Positions 10,090 to 19,793 of a DNA stretch of 57,062 bases are shown in pieces. Each line of letters opens with the position of its first letter. Within the stretch, counting starts at the first letter, position 1. The notes under the pieces are model-generated. The model made no database searches, was not told where the DNA came from, and saw only the letters and a list, made by a program, of their open reading frames with translations. A program made the translations under genes and the position numbers. This DNA is from a virus, in IMG/VR virus record IMGVR_UViG_2554235497_000003, positions 1-57,062 of that record. One strand, written 5' to 3'.

Positions 10090-11924
10090 TACGGCATCTC
10101 CGTGCTTTCGTCAATATCCCGCTCCTGACGATACAGGCCGGGGAAGTCGTCTTTCAGTCTGTTCTGTGTCTCACGATCGTAGCTTCCGTTAATGATGATC
10201 GTATTTCCACCCGCAGCGGAAGGGCTAGCGCCGAAGCTACCACCATATCCACCACTGAAGCCGCCGCTTCCGTGTCCACCAGTGTCCGGGGCAGCAGCGT
10301 CGATTGCTCGAGCAGCGGCGATACCAGCACCGACAGCGAGTGTCGCAAGTCCGAGCGTGGCAACACCGAGGAGCAGCGCCTTCGCTTTCGAGGCGGCAAT
10401 AGCCGCAGCTGCATAGGCGTACAACGCACCCGCAGCTTGCAGTAACGGGCCAACGAGTGCGACAAACGCCGCACCAAGTCCCATCGCTTTCACGAGTGCC
10501 ATCATCTTGACGACCTTCGTGAGGAGGATCAGGAACGCAGTGCCCGCGATGATCGTTGCGGTGATTCCGGCGACCCACTTGTTCGTGAAGATGTTCGCAA
10601 TTCTCGTCAACACGTCAGCGACCGGCTGCAGAACCGAGAAGAGGAACGCCCACAGCATAAAGATCCGATAGATCAGGATCAGCAGGGACTTGCCAACACT
10701 GAGGACCGCGATAATCGCCTCCTGGTTCTCATACAACTCGAGGACGAGCCACTCGAAGAAGTTCAGCAGATTCGTTCCCATCAACTGTCCGAACCGGGAC
10801 GTGACCTGCGATATTTCGGGCTGTAGCTGCACCGCCTTCTGAATCAGCGCGTCAACGAAGTTGATGAGGCCGTGTCCGTGACTACGGAGTGCCGGAACGA
10901 AGACAGTGAGTTGCTGTAGAGTTCCGGTCAACCGACCGAGTGCATGGGGTGCTCGTCGGAAGAACTGATCCATGATCGGCGCGAACGTCTTCGTGACCGG
11001 CTTGAACACCTTGAAGAGTTCACGACCGAACAGACGCAGCCGGACCTGTGCTAAATGCAGCGAATCGGCTGCGTTCTCACCAAAGCCGATCAACCCGAGC
11101 AGGCCAACGCTCAGCCCAGCAGCGGCGGTCGCCCCCATCGTGGCTGCGAGACCTGCAACTGCCGTGTACATGACCGCCATGAACGGCATCATGAACGCGA
11201 AGAGGTCCTGTGACAGCTGTCCTTTCGGGATTAGCCACTTGTACGCGCCACGCAGTGTTCGACGGGCAAATGTCGGCTCACGATCCTGGTCGCGGCCACC
11301 ACCTCCTGAACCACGTCGTCCTCCACCACCCCCTCCGCCACTTCCGCCACCAGATTGCTCCCTGCGGAACGCGAGGAAGTTATCAAAGATCGTTGGCGGG
11401 ATAAGGTTCTCAGCGATACGCTCACGCTGTCGCTGGCGCATAGCCGCACCCTTCGGTGAGAGGTCATCAGGAAGCCTGTACTCTCGAGGTGGCTTTGGTG
11501 CGACACCCTCAAACTCTCTTGCTCGCTGTGTTGAACGCGATATGCGGCCAAGGAACGAACTCGAGGCTGCCGATCCATGCAACCCACCAGTGGCCGCTTT
11601 CATCGCTGCCAGCTTTGCGGCTGCCCGATCGACCTGATTATCGTGAACGCGAAGCCTGACGTGCTCGGTGGAACTGAGCGACTCTATTTTCGCCTTTGTC
11701 CGGTCGATCTTCCCGTCACCATGAACCGCCGTGAGGATCTCGATAATCTCGTCGAGTGACTCGAGCTTCAACTTGAGCCGGTCAACGTCACCAGTCCCTG
11801 TGATCTCGAGACGTGGCGTGAGAACCTTTCTGCTGATCTTATCGAGCTGCTCATCGAGACGGGTCAGCGTATCGCTGAAGTTGTCGATGAGGTTGACGGT
11901 GACTCTAACGCTATTGCTACTCAT
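10089..11924 (-). CDS. Tape measure protein
   Basis: VNLIDNFS..L start, long Ala/Gly/hydrophobic helical composition, position after chaperones. Confidence 0.88.
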   Translation of the reverse strand: MSSNSVRVTVNLIDNFSDTLTRLDEQLDKISRKVLTPRLEITGTGDVDRLKLKLESLDEIIEILTAVHGDGKIDRTKAKIESLSSTEHVRLRVHDNQVDRAAAKLAAMKAATGGLHGSAASSSFLGRISRSTQRAREFEGVAPKPPREYRLPDDLSPKGAAMRQRQRERIAENLIPPTIFDNFLAFRREQSGGGSGGGGGGGRRGSGGGGRDQDREPTFARRTLRGAYKWLIPKGQLSQDLFAFMMPFMAVMYTAVAGLAATMGATAAAGLSVGLLGLIGFGENAADSLHLAQVRLRLFGRELFKVFKPVTKTFAPIMDQFFRRAPHALGRLTGTLQQLTVFVPALRSHGHGLINFVDALIQKAVQLQPEISQVTSRFGQLMGTNLLNFFEWLVLELYENQEAIIAVLSVGKSLLILIYRIFMLWAFLFSVLQPVADVLTRIANIFTNKWVAGITATIIAGTAFLILLTKVVKMMALVKAMGLGAAFVALVGPLLQAAGALYAYAAAAIAASKAKALLLGVATLGLATLAVGAGIAAARAIDAAAPDTGGHGSGGFSGGYGGSFGASPSAAGGNTIIINGSYDRETQNRLKDDFPGLYRQERDIDESTEMP

Positions 11925-12178
11925 CAGAACCTACGTTGACGTACGTCGTTGACTCGCCGCCACCGCCGTTCGGTTGCGCCATACTGTTCATCACAGGGCC
12001 AGGGCCACCGGACCCTGCCCCGTTCATCGCCTGTTCGTGTTCCTCCTGCTCTTTGACAATCGACAACTCGAGGACGTATCGCTGAAGTGGGGTCAGTTCG
12101 GCCTGCGTCTTCGCGAGCGGAACGCCCGCCTTCGTAGAGATCAGGTATCTACCGATCCCTGAACCCGTTTCCACGAAA
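11917..12178 (-). CDS. Frameshift extension of the tail assembly chaperone (lambda T-like)
   Basis: Open +1 frame overlapping the end of 12149-12631 with no strong own start; entered via TTT_CGT. Confidence 0.7.
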
Positions 12179-12631
12179 GCGCTCAGCGTCGCGAATGTCA
12201 CCCGAGAGATCAAGAACTTCGCCGCCTAATTCGACAGAATAGCCACCGACCATGTTCTCGACCATGAAGTCAACCTCGTCCTGCGTGTAGCCCATCGCTT
12301 CGCCATCGATTCCGAGCTTCGCGGCCTTCTGCATGAGAACAACGAAGTCCTCGTCGAACTGCGAAATATCGATGGGAGCACCATCGCCATCCTCGGCTTC
12401 CGCATCCTCTTTCGCTTCGCGGATCTGCTCGACGGCCTCTTCCTCGTCAATGTCGAGAAGTTCCTGCATCATCGCCGTGATCGGAAGGAACTCAGCGTCA
12501 ACGAGGGGGCGCAGAACAACGTCAACCGTCTCACCGAGAATCTCGAAATCGAGAGTCTCACGGTAGTCTTTTCCGCGAACAACCATATCCATCAGCGTCG
12601 ATCGGCTCTTCTCCGTAGTGTCGTCAGTCAT
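12149..12631 (-). CDS. Tail assembly chaperone (lambda G-like)
   Basis: Between tail tube and tape measure genes. Confidence 0.78.
   Translation of the reverse strand: MTDDTTEKSRSTLMDMVVRGKDYRETLDFEILGETVDVVLRPLVDAEFLPITAMMQELLDIDEEEAVEQIREAKEDAEAEDGDGAPIDISQFDEDFVVLMQKAAKLGIDGEAMGYTQDEVDFMVENMVGGYSVELGGEVLDLSGDIRDAERFRGNGFRDR
12173..12178 (-). other. Programmed +1 ribosomal frameshift site UUU_CGU
   Basis: Minus strand reads CGC TTT CGT GGA; a +1 slip gives TTC GTG GAA in the downstream ORF frame. Confidence 0.72.
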
Positions 12632-12688
12632 AGTGAAGTAGAGAGTGTAAAGGGGAGGAACGGGAGTCTGCGTCTGCTCGATTGGGAT

Positions 12689-13096
12689 CTATGCGGCGTC
12701 AGTCGGGTTCGTATCCTCGTCTTTCGACATCGCGACGAACTCAAAGCTCGTCTCGGTGGTTTCACCGGACGTGACCTCGTAGCCCTGGCTCGTCACCAAG
12801 ACGGTATCATACGAGGTAGCGTCACCATTGAGATGTGTAATGACAATCGCAGGGAGAACCTTCGGAACGCCGTTCCCATCGAAGAACTTGTCCTCGAGAT
12901 CCTTCTTGTTGCCCTTGACCGTCATATTCCCCGAGTACTCTATCTGCGTAATCGCGAACCCGGACGGGATGATGTTACCCGCACCGTAGATCGTCTCAAT
13001 CTCAATGTCCTTCGTGACACTGAGCTGTTCAACTGGTACTTGTTCCTCACCGACGTTGACGCGAATGTCCGCCGCTGATTCCTTTCGATTGACCAT
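12689..13096 (-). CDS. Tail tube protein
   Basis: 135 aa, beta-rich, directly downstream of sheath. Confidence 0.8.
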   Translation of the reverse strand: MVNRKESAADIRVNVGEEQVPVEQLSVTKDIEIETIYGAGNIIPSGFAITQIEYSGNMTVKGNKKDLEDKFFDGNGVPKVLPAIVITHLNGDATSYDTVLVTSQGYEVTSGETTETSFEFVAMSKDEDTNPTDAA

Positions 13097-13158
13097 AGAA
13101 GATTAAAGAAGAAACTGCAAACTGCTCGTAGATTGCTCAGAAGTGCCGGAATCGGGCC

Positions 13159-14433
13159 TTATTCGACCTGTCCAGCAGTGACCGTCGCCCGGATATTTCG
13201 AAGCGGCTTGATCGTCTCAACGCCGACGTTAACACGCGCTTCCATCGCGCTGATCGGCTCAACTTCGACGGTGTAACCAGTGATTGCGTTCAGCGAGAGG
13301 AGGTCCTTCAACTCGGACTTGATGTTGCCGCGTAGTGCGTTCCGTGCCGATTGCGTGTGCAACTCGCCAATGAACACGTCCGCGTTCTCGTTCGTGATGA
13401 CGGCCACATAGTCCGTTACGAGACGAGCGATTCCCTGCTGCATCTCGAACTCCTCGTTGTTCTCTACCGACACGGTAGTCATGTCGTCCATGACGAGCGC
13501 ACCAGCTCGCTCACTCTTGATGGGGTTAACACGCTGTTCGGACAGCGCTTCCATCTCTTCACGACTGAGTGAGTGATAGAGCGTTTCCTGACCCGAGAGG
13601 CGCTTTTTCATCGGGCTGGCACTCATCCCAAGGCCCGCCCGAAGACCGATGTAAGAGCCGATCATGCTCCGACCGTCGCCGTTCCGCATCGGATACTGGA
13701 CTTGTATCCGAGACGAGTCGAACGGGTTCTCATAGCTGAACACGTCGTCGAGATACGGTGAAGCGCCAGCAATTGCGATAGCGAAGTCACCCTTCGACTC
13801 CATGTCCTTCACGACTCCGTGCAAGTAGTCCGAAGTGTCCGCGTTCTCGGAGAGAATGCCGATGAAATCGAGAATATCACCCTCTTCATCGACCAATGCA
13901 TCGATCGCACTCTCGTAATCGAGCGCGACGTAATTCACCGTTCCCTCGATATTGCTCCCAGCATCGAGGTGATACGTGCCATCGACTGCGTTGACCAGTA
14001 CCTCGTTTTCGGAAGGCGAGAGGTCTTCGGGAGCCTCGAGAACGACCGTCGTAGAGAGCGTGATTCCGCCCACGTTGAAGCTAATATCGTCGGCGTTCTC
14101 TGAGATTGGTGCAGAACTAAGTTCTCCAGTCGAACCCATCACGTCGTCTTCGACTTCGACCTCAGCAGGTGCAACCGCATAGACGGGAAACGCACCCTCG
14201 CTAAGCGCATCCGTCACGTTCGTCGCAAGGGGACTTCCGTTACCGAAAAGCGTCGCAGCAGTCGGTGCGTTCGTAATTCGGTGTACTTCGTTGGGTTGAG
14301 CGGTCCCTTCAGTGAAGTCGGCCTGTCCGATTAGACCTGCTTCGCCAGGAGACCCGACGTTCACGCCAACAGAACGGGAACTCTGAACGGTAAGCTGTAC
14401 TCCAGGTAGTCGAGTGTTTCCAATAGTGACCAT
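13159..14433 (-). CDS. Tail sheath protein
   Basis: RLPGVQL start; C-terminal FIGELH..SARNALR...V.VG.ETIKPLRNI sheath signature. Confidence 0.92.
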   Translation of the reverse strand: MVTIGNTRLPGVQLTVQSSRSVGVNVGSPGEAGLIGQADFTEGTAQPNEVHRITNAPTAATLFGNGSPLATNVTDALSEGAFPVYAVAPAEVEVEDDVMGSTGELSSAPISENADDISFNVGGITLSTTVVLEAPEDLSPSENEVLVNAVDGTYHLDAGSNIEGTVNYVALDYESAIDALVDEEGDILDFIGILSENADTSDYLHGVVKDMESKGDFAIAIAGASPYLDDVFSYENPFDSSRIQVQYPMRNGDGRSMIGSYIGLRAGLGMSASPMKKRLSGQETLYHSLSREEMEALSEQRVNPIKSERAGALVMDDMTTVSVENNEEFEMQQGIARLVTDYVAVITNENADVFIGELHTQSARNALRGNIKSELKDLLSLNAITGYTVEVEPISAMEARVNVGVETIKPLRNIRATVTAGQVE

Positions 14434-14468
14434 AGTAGAGAGAAAACTGAGAGAGGCGGCGCTTCCGC

Positions 14469-15020
14469 CTACGTAGACGTTACGTTGCGCTCGATAATCT
14501 CGAGGGTGTCAACGTCGTCGTTGGTGTATTCCTTCACGTAGCGGAATTTCACCGTCTGATCCGTCTCGAACCAGTTGGGTTCTTCAGTTGGAACGGATTG
14601 TGAGAGACCATCCCCGACCTGCCACTCGAACGTGTCCTCGTGGAATTTCGAAGGATGCATCTCGAACGGGAGAAACGTCTCGTGGACCATGTTCACAAGC
14701 TCGTCCCGCCCTTCCTCGCCCCAGTGAGGTTCATCGGCCATGCGGATCGGCTCGTCATCGTAGGTCTTCACCCACAGATCGAGACGCATCTCGAAGTACG
14801 CATTCAACACTTCCGAGACCGCGATACCGTTCTCATCACGCTTCACGCCAGCATACGGGATGTTCCCCTCGAGACGCTCGAGGCGACGAGTGGACCACGA
14901 AATGATGACACATGGTAGCTCCATGAACTCGCCACCGCCCTCAGTACGTACTGTAACGTCGTCGGGCAGCGACTCCTTGAGAACCGCGACCGTCCGTTGT
15001 ACGGCCTCTTTCTCGTTCAC
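14469..15020 (-). CDS. Tail completion/terminator protein
   Basis: Position before sheath; LPCVII motif. Confidence 0.62.
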   Translation of the reverse strand: MNEKEAVQRTVAVLKESLPDDVTVRTEGGGEFMELPCVIISWSTRRLERLEGNIPYAGVKRDENGIAVSEVLNAYFEMRLDLWVKTYDDEPIRMADEPHWGEEGRDELVNMVHETFLPFEMHPSKFHEDTFEWQVGDGLSQSVPTEEPNWFETDQTVKFRYVKEYTNDDVDTLEIIERNVTST

Positions 15021-15223
15021 TTCACACCTCGTCCAAATTCCGATCGGAGACTCTTCTCGATGTGTTTCGAGACAGTAGAATCCGCACTGTTCCGCATATA
15101 GTAGTGTGCCGCGTCCATGTAGCCGATACCGTCAAGGCCCTCGCGTTTGATCTTTTCTTGGAGGCGGAAGGCCCGATCGAGCAGAACAGGATCTACGTTT
15201 TCCAAGTCAACGTTAGTCGTCAT
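15017..15223 (-). CDS. Hypothetical protein
   Basis: Translationally coupled 68-aa ORF downstream of the metallopeptidase fusion. Confidence 0.55.
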   Translation of the reverse strand: MTTNVDLENVDPVLLDRAFRLQEKIKREGLDGIGYMDAAHYYMRNSADSTVSKHIEKSLRSEFGRGVK

Positions 15224-15503
15224 CGAGTACTAGATTCGTTTCCGCAATGTAGGGGTTGAACCCCCACCGCGATTTCATCATCTTCAGCCGTCGCTCTGGC
15301 GGAGCCGGCTCGTCGTAGTGAGCGTTCATCTTCACCCCCTCAACCTCGTCCTCTTCGTCGATCGGAACGCGCATCGCGACCTCCTCGTACATCGAGACAG
15401 ATTCCTCAACCTGATCGTAGTAGAGGCCGTCATACTCCAATTCCCACGACTCACCGTGAACCACCCCGTCAACGCCGCGCCGATCAGTGAACTCGAGTCT
15501 CAT
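15213..15503 (-). CDS. Hypothetical acidic protein
   Basis: Start overlaps the stop of 15503-17440. Confidence 0.6.
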   Translation of the reverse strand: MRLEFTDRRGVDGVVHGESWELEYDGLYYDQVEESVSMYEEVAMRVPIDEEDEVEGVKMNAHYDEPAPPERRLKMMKSRWGFNPYIAETNLVLDDD

Positions 15504-17440
15504 TAGTAGGGGATACCAAGGCGGTCCAATTCAGCCTTTGCTACGTCTGACGGTTCAAAGAGGTTCAGCCACGTCTCCATGAGGTACGGGTGAACCGTCG
15601 CGATCTGCTCGATGTTATTCGCGATGTACTTCCGGTCGTTCACTTCCGACACCTGCGTTCGCATAACCTGCGTCATGACCGCTGCTGTCTCGTGAACGTT
15701 CGTCGTCCCATAGCCGTCGTACAGCGCGGTGTGCCAACCAAGATCCTCGCTACCGGTTCCGCGCTCGAGACTGCGAGCATAGATGTGCGTGTAGAACGCC
15801 CGATTCAGCGCTTCGGCGTATGCCCGACGTGGACTCTCGCTCATGTCCGTGTTGAGGTACTGCTGTCCGTTCAGCGGTCCCTCGAACCCGGACGATACCG
15901 AGTTGTTGTACCAGAGATCGATCGTACCGTCGAAAAGGTTGCCGTCACCGTCCACTGAAATATATTCCTCGAACGGGACGCCCACCTCTCGGACTTGATA
16001 CTGGTACTCGTCAGGTCCGACTTGGATCGGGGAGTTACTGACAACTTCGTACTGTGCCGGAAGCGGCTGATCGGTCCACATGATCTCAAGCGCGTCGCCT
16101 TCGTTGATCTGTGGATTGCTCGGGTTCAGCAGCTCCGTGGGATCGGGACTGCTCACCGAGTTGTTAGTCCCCGTGGGATCGAGCGTGTCCACGTAGCCGG
16201 GGACCTCGTTGACGATATGCTCCCACTCGACCGGCGTGTTCGTGTCCTCGTGAGAGTAGAGCGCGAATAGTTCGGGATTTCGGTGAAGCTGGTAGTCAGC
16301 AGTGTAGCCGTTCTCGTCAACGTCCCAATCCAGCAGGTTCCCGCGCTCGTAGTCAGCAAGCTGTGAGTGATGCTTGTCGTCGTTGTAGTCGAACCCGTTC
16401 GCGTTCAGCCACAAGTGCTGAAACTCGTGGTTGTACGTGTCGAGGTGTCGGTTCCGCTCGGCATCGATCCCGTCTCGCTCCACGAACGGCTGCATCGCGA
16501 GGTAGTTCTTCCCGTCAATACGGGCGTCACCTGCCTGACCGACATGACCGCGCTCTGTACGGTTCTCGGGAACCTGTGCGATTTGCTCGAGGCGCTCAAC
16601 CGAGCGGAGCATGGAGCGCTGATCCTTCCCGGTCGTCACATAGTCGGTCAGCTCGTTGTTGATCGCTTCCCGATCCACGGCGGGGAGATCGGTGTATTCC
16701 AAACCCCGCCAGTGATCCACGTTCGTTGTCTTGACCGTGGTATCGAGCGACTCGAGGATGAGTGCAAGCTGATCGCCGGGAGCCAGATCATCCCACGGCT
16801 GTATAGCACCGAAGCGTAGGTCGCTTCCGCCATCGAATGGGATACGCTGTAACCGCCCGTCGATCTCCACGACCAAGTGGTCGGAGTACTTCGCTCGAAC
16901 AACGCCGTCGAGGTACTCGTTCGCTCGTACATCGTACAGCTTGATCTGCTGTCCATAGAAGAACGAATCGAAGTCGGAAGCGGGGTCGTCCTGATTGACT
17001 GTCAGCCAGCTCTCGGGAACGTTCGCACTCCGCTGGTTGCCCGTTCCGCCACCACCACCTGGTCGAAGAACGGGTTTGTTTCCGAACCCACCGCTTGCCC
17101 CGAACTTCGTTGCTAACCAGAGGATCAATGGAGCGAGCGGGGGGCCACGAGCGCCGTAGACTGCACCGTGTTCAACAGGTGCAGCGTGGTCCGATGTATT
17201 CGCTAAAACGGCGATACGACCGCGTGGGTCGCTTTTCGTGTTCGACTCAAAACTACCGATCAGATCCCATTTCCAGATCGCATCGCGCTGTATGATCCGT
17301 GCCTCAGCAACGTCCTGCCCCTTCTCGACGAGTTCCCACGAACCATCGCGCATCCCGCCCTCGATCGAGGACTTGATGCGCCGCGAGAGGTTGCCGTCGT
17401 CTACTGAAACGTTTAGCTTGAGTCGCCTTCTGGCCATCAA
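15503..17440 (-). CDS. HK97-gp10-like neck protein fused to a zincin-like metallopeptidase domain
   Basis: N-terminal ~115 aa with DHAAPVEHG; Gly-rich linker; HEFQH (HExxH) and distal YGTTNVHETAAV. Confidence 0.7.
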   Translation of the reverse strand: MMARRRLKLNVSVDDGNLSRRIKSSIEGGMRDGSWELVEKGQDVAEARIIQRDAIWKWDLIGSFESNTKSDPRGRIAVLANTSDHAAPVEHGAVYGARGPPLAPLILWLATKFGASGGFGNKPVLRPGGGGGTGNQRSANVPESWLTVNQDDPASDFDSFFYGQQIKLYDVRANEYLDGVVRAKYSDHLVVEIDGRLQRIPFDGGSDLRFGAIQPWDDLAPGDQLALILESLDTTVKTTNVDHWRGLEYTDLPAVDREAINNELTDYVTTGKDQRSMLRSVERLEQIAQVPENRTERGHVGQAGDARIDGKNYLAMQPFVERDGIDAERNRHLDTYNHEFQHLWLNANGFDYNDDKHHSQLADYERGNLLDWDVDENGYTADYQLHRNPELFALYSHEDTNTPVEWEHIVNEVPGYVDTLDPTGTNNSVSSPDPTELLNPSNPQINEGDALEIMWTDQPLPAQYEVVSNSPIQVGPDEYQYQVREVGVPFEEYISVDGDGNLFDGTIDLWYNNSVSSGFEGPLNGQQYLNTDMSESPRRAYAEALNRAFYTHIYARSLERGTGSEDLGWHTALYDGYGTTNVHETAAVMTQVMRTQVSEVNDRKYIANNIEQIATVHPYLMETWLNLFEPSDVAKAELDRLGIPY

Positions 17441-17460
17441 CCACCCCGCAAAAAGACCGC

Positions 17461-17874
17461 CTACTGCTCGATGAAGCGCTGTAACTGCCCCTCAATGTGG
17501 GTCCGATAGGGAACGATCGTCTCGAGTTCCCACAACTGCTTGTCGGCGTTCGGATTCTCGGGATACATCGGAAGGCCCCACTCGATAATGTCCTTCTCTT
17601 CGACGATTGCATCTCTGCGGAAGAAGATGTGAGGCTCCCAGTAGACGCGCTCACCATATCGTTCCTCGTACCGATCGGGACGTGCGCCACCAGGACTCTG
17701 ACCAGGGAAGTACATCACAGCCAGCTCGTCGCCTACGTGGAACATCGTCTCCTCTTCCTTTCCGTAGGGATCTTCGAACCCGAGATCACGTTCTCGGTAT
17801 ACCGAAACGGATTCCCCAGAACGTTCGAAGATCAGATTGACTACCTTCAACCGTGCGTCAATGATCTTCGACAT
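17461..17874 (-). CDS. Head closure / head-tail adaptor
   Basis: Size and position in the neck module. Confidence 0.6.
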   Translation of the reverse strand: MSKIIDARLKVVNLIFERSGESVSVYRERDLGFEDPYGKEEETMFHVGDELAVMYFPGQSPGGARPDRYEERYGERVYWEPHIFFRRDAIVEEKDIIEWGLPMYPENPNADKQLWELETIVPYRTHIEGQLQRFIEQ

Positions 17875-18014
17875 TGGATGCGCCTCGTAATACGGTTTCT
17901 TTATTCAGACCTGGCCGTGAATGAGTCTGGTTTAGAATAGTGTCTCTCAACCATGTACGCTGAACCAGTGAGTCCAGATAAGGATTTATTGTCATCTAAT
18001 GAGATGTTCAACCC

Positions 18015-18263
18015 ATGGTCTCACCAGATACCATTTTGATGTACGAAGAGGACCAGAGAAAACCATTGGATAGCAGCCGCGAACGCACCTTTCATCAGGG
18101 TTGGGAAGATGCGTTAGATGATGGTCCGTATACTGAGGGTACATTCAACAAGTTAAGCTGGCAAAACCTTGGGAACCGTTTTGGTTGTCTCTTCGGAGAC
18201 GTTCCTGAGGAAATGCGTGATGAACTTATGTTCTGGGCCGAGCGACAACGTCGCCTCGATTAA
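18015..18263 (+). CDS. Counter-oriented accessory gene (moron)
   Basis: 82 aa with AT-rich flanks, inserted between neck genes. Confidence 0.65.
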   Translation: MVSPDTILMYEEDQRKPLDSSRERTFHQGWEDALDDGPYTEGTFNKLSWQNLGNRFGCLFGDVPEEMRDELMFWAERQRRLD

Positions 18264-18334
18264 TTAGACGTAGCTACCAAACCCGCTCATGATATTTTCG
18301 CCCATGGGTATTGGTGAATATCTTGTCCTACTGT

Positions 18335-18748
18335 CTACCGTTGGTAGTTCTCACCGTAGGTTCGGTCAAGCCGCCGGACGTTCGAAATCCCCATACCGCT
18401 GTTAGCAGCCCGAAGGTTCCCGATGTGTGAATCAAGCTTCTCGTACCAGACACGGGTAATGTCGCGCACGGGGAGCTGATGGATCTTGATCGAGCCAATG
18501 TTGAAGTCCAAGCCCTCGAGTTCGCCAACGTGGATCTTACAGAACAGACAGACGGTCCAGAACAGTGCGCGTTGGGTGCTCGGGTGTTCTAAACTATAGA
18601 AGTCCGGTATCTCGAGGCCCGATTCCGCCCTCACTTCGTGCTTGCCGATCTGGACAAGCTCGAGCATCTCCTCATCCGAGATAATCCGGTCGCTGTACGC
18701 GGTCATCGAACGGACCTCGATGATAAGTTCTGTATCGCTGTGTGCCAT
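18335..18748 (-). CDS. Head-tail connector (adaptor)
   Basis: First gene after MCP, helical, 137 aa. Confidence 0.62.
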   Translation of the reverse strand: MAHSDTELIIEVRSMTAYSDRIISDEEMLELVQIGKHEVRAESGLEIPDFYSLEHPSTQRALFWTVCLFCKIHVGELEGLDFNIGSIKIHQLPVRDITRVWYEKLDSHIGNLRAANSGMGISNVRRLDRTYGENYQR

Positions 18749-18804
18749 AGTGTATCAACTGAAACGTAATCCACGCTATCGCTGACCGGCTCGAGTATCT
18801 CCGA

Positions 18805-19743
18805 TCAGGCGAGGTCGGTCATGTTGAAGCGGACGCCAGCAAGTGGATCAGCGATGACCGCACCGTAGCGAACCGATCCGTAGCTGCCGAGGAGCTGTCC
18901 GGGGTCCCCAACGGGTCCGCCGTACTCGCCTTGCGTGAGCTGTACGGGGCGGGCCTCGTGGAAGTAGATCGGACGCTCTTCACCCGCAATGACGTGAACC
19001 TCGTCGTCGGTGAGCCACGCCGTTTGCATGATGTAGGTCCCATCGATCTGCATCGTGGTGTCCGGCAGCGCAGTCGAGACAAGGTTCTCAGCCTCGGGAA
19101 TGAGATACTGTGCGTCGTAGGCTAACTCGTCAACGAAGGCGGAAGCGGCATCCGAAGACATGAGCGCGATAGTGGGACGTTTGCCGTGGTGACGAAGTTC
19201 CTTGTTAGCCTCGCGAATGTGTTCGGTGGCAGTGTGTCCCTGTTCGTCGTCGAAGAGGTGGCCAGTGTCCCCGAAGACATGGTTGTGCGAACGGTCGAAC
19301 TCGTACCCACCGTAGTCTTCAGGATCAAACCAGAGGTTCGTGCCATCAGCCCATCCGTTTCGAACGATGTCGAACAGGACCTCGTGCTCCTTGCTGAGAG
19401 CGCCCTTAACGAGCGTCTCGAACTGGCGACGAACAATGTCCGCCGTGTTATCCTCGATGAACTCCTGGGAGAAACCGAGCGAACGCCCGTACTTCTTGAC
19501 CGAGAAGGCCATCTCGGTGCTGTCGAGTCGCCCGGTGCGAGCGTGTTCACCCTCAGCGAGTTCTTCCCACGTCATGTCCCCGGTGTGGACACGGAAGGTT
19601 CGCTCAGTGACCGTCTGTGCCAGCAGTTCGCGGAAAGGCCGTTCCGCCTCGTTGAAAAGCTCGATCTCAGCAACGGCGTCCAAGAGAAGCTCGCTCAGTG
19701 GAACGTCGTCCTTGGTCGTGATTTCGCGATAGATAGATGCCAT
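18805..19743 (-). CDS. Major capsid protein (HK97 fold)
   Basis: 312 aa; VKKYGRSLGFSQEFIEDN segment; position after protease/scaffold. Confidence 0.9.
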   Translation of the reverse strand: MASIYREITTKDDVPLSELLLDAVAEIELFNEAERPFRELLAQTVTERTFRVHTGDMTWEELAEGEHARTGRLDSTEMAFSVKKYGRSLGFSQEFIEDNTADIVRRQFETLVKGALSKEHEVLFDIVRNGWADGTNLWFDPEDYGGYEFDRSHNHVFGDTGHLFDDEQGHTATEHIREANKELRHHGKRPTIALMSSDAASAFVDELAYDAQYLIPEAENLVSTALPDTTMQIDGTYIMQTAWLTDDEVHVIAGEERPIYFHEARPVQLTQGEYGGPVGDPGQLLGSYGSVRYGAVIADPLAGVRFNMTDLA

Positions 19744-19793
19744 TTAGAAGATTCTAAGAAGTGTGATAGATCGCCAGATGGTCGTCAATCAGA

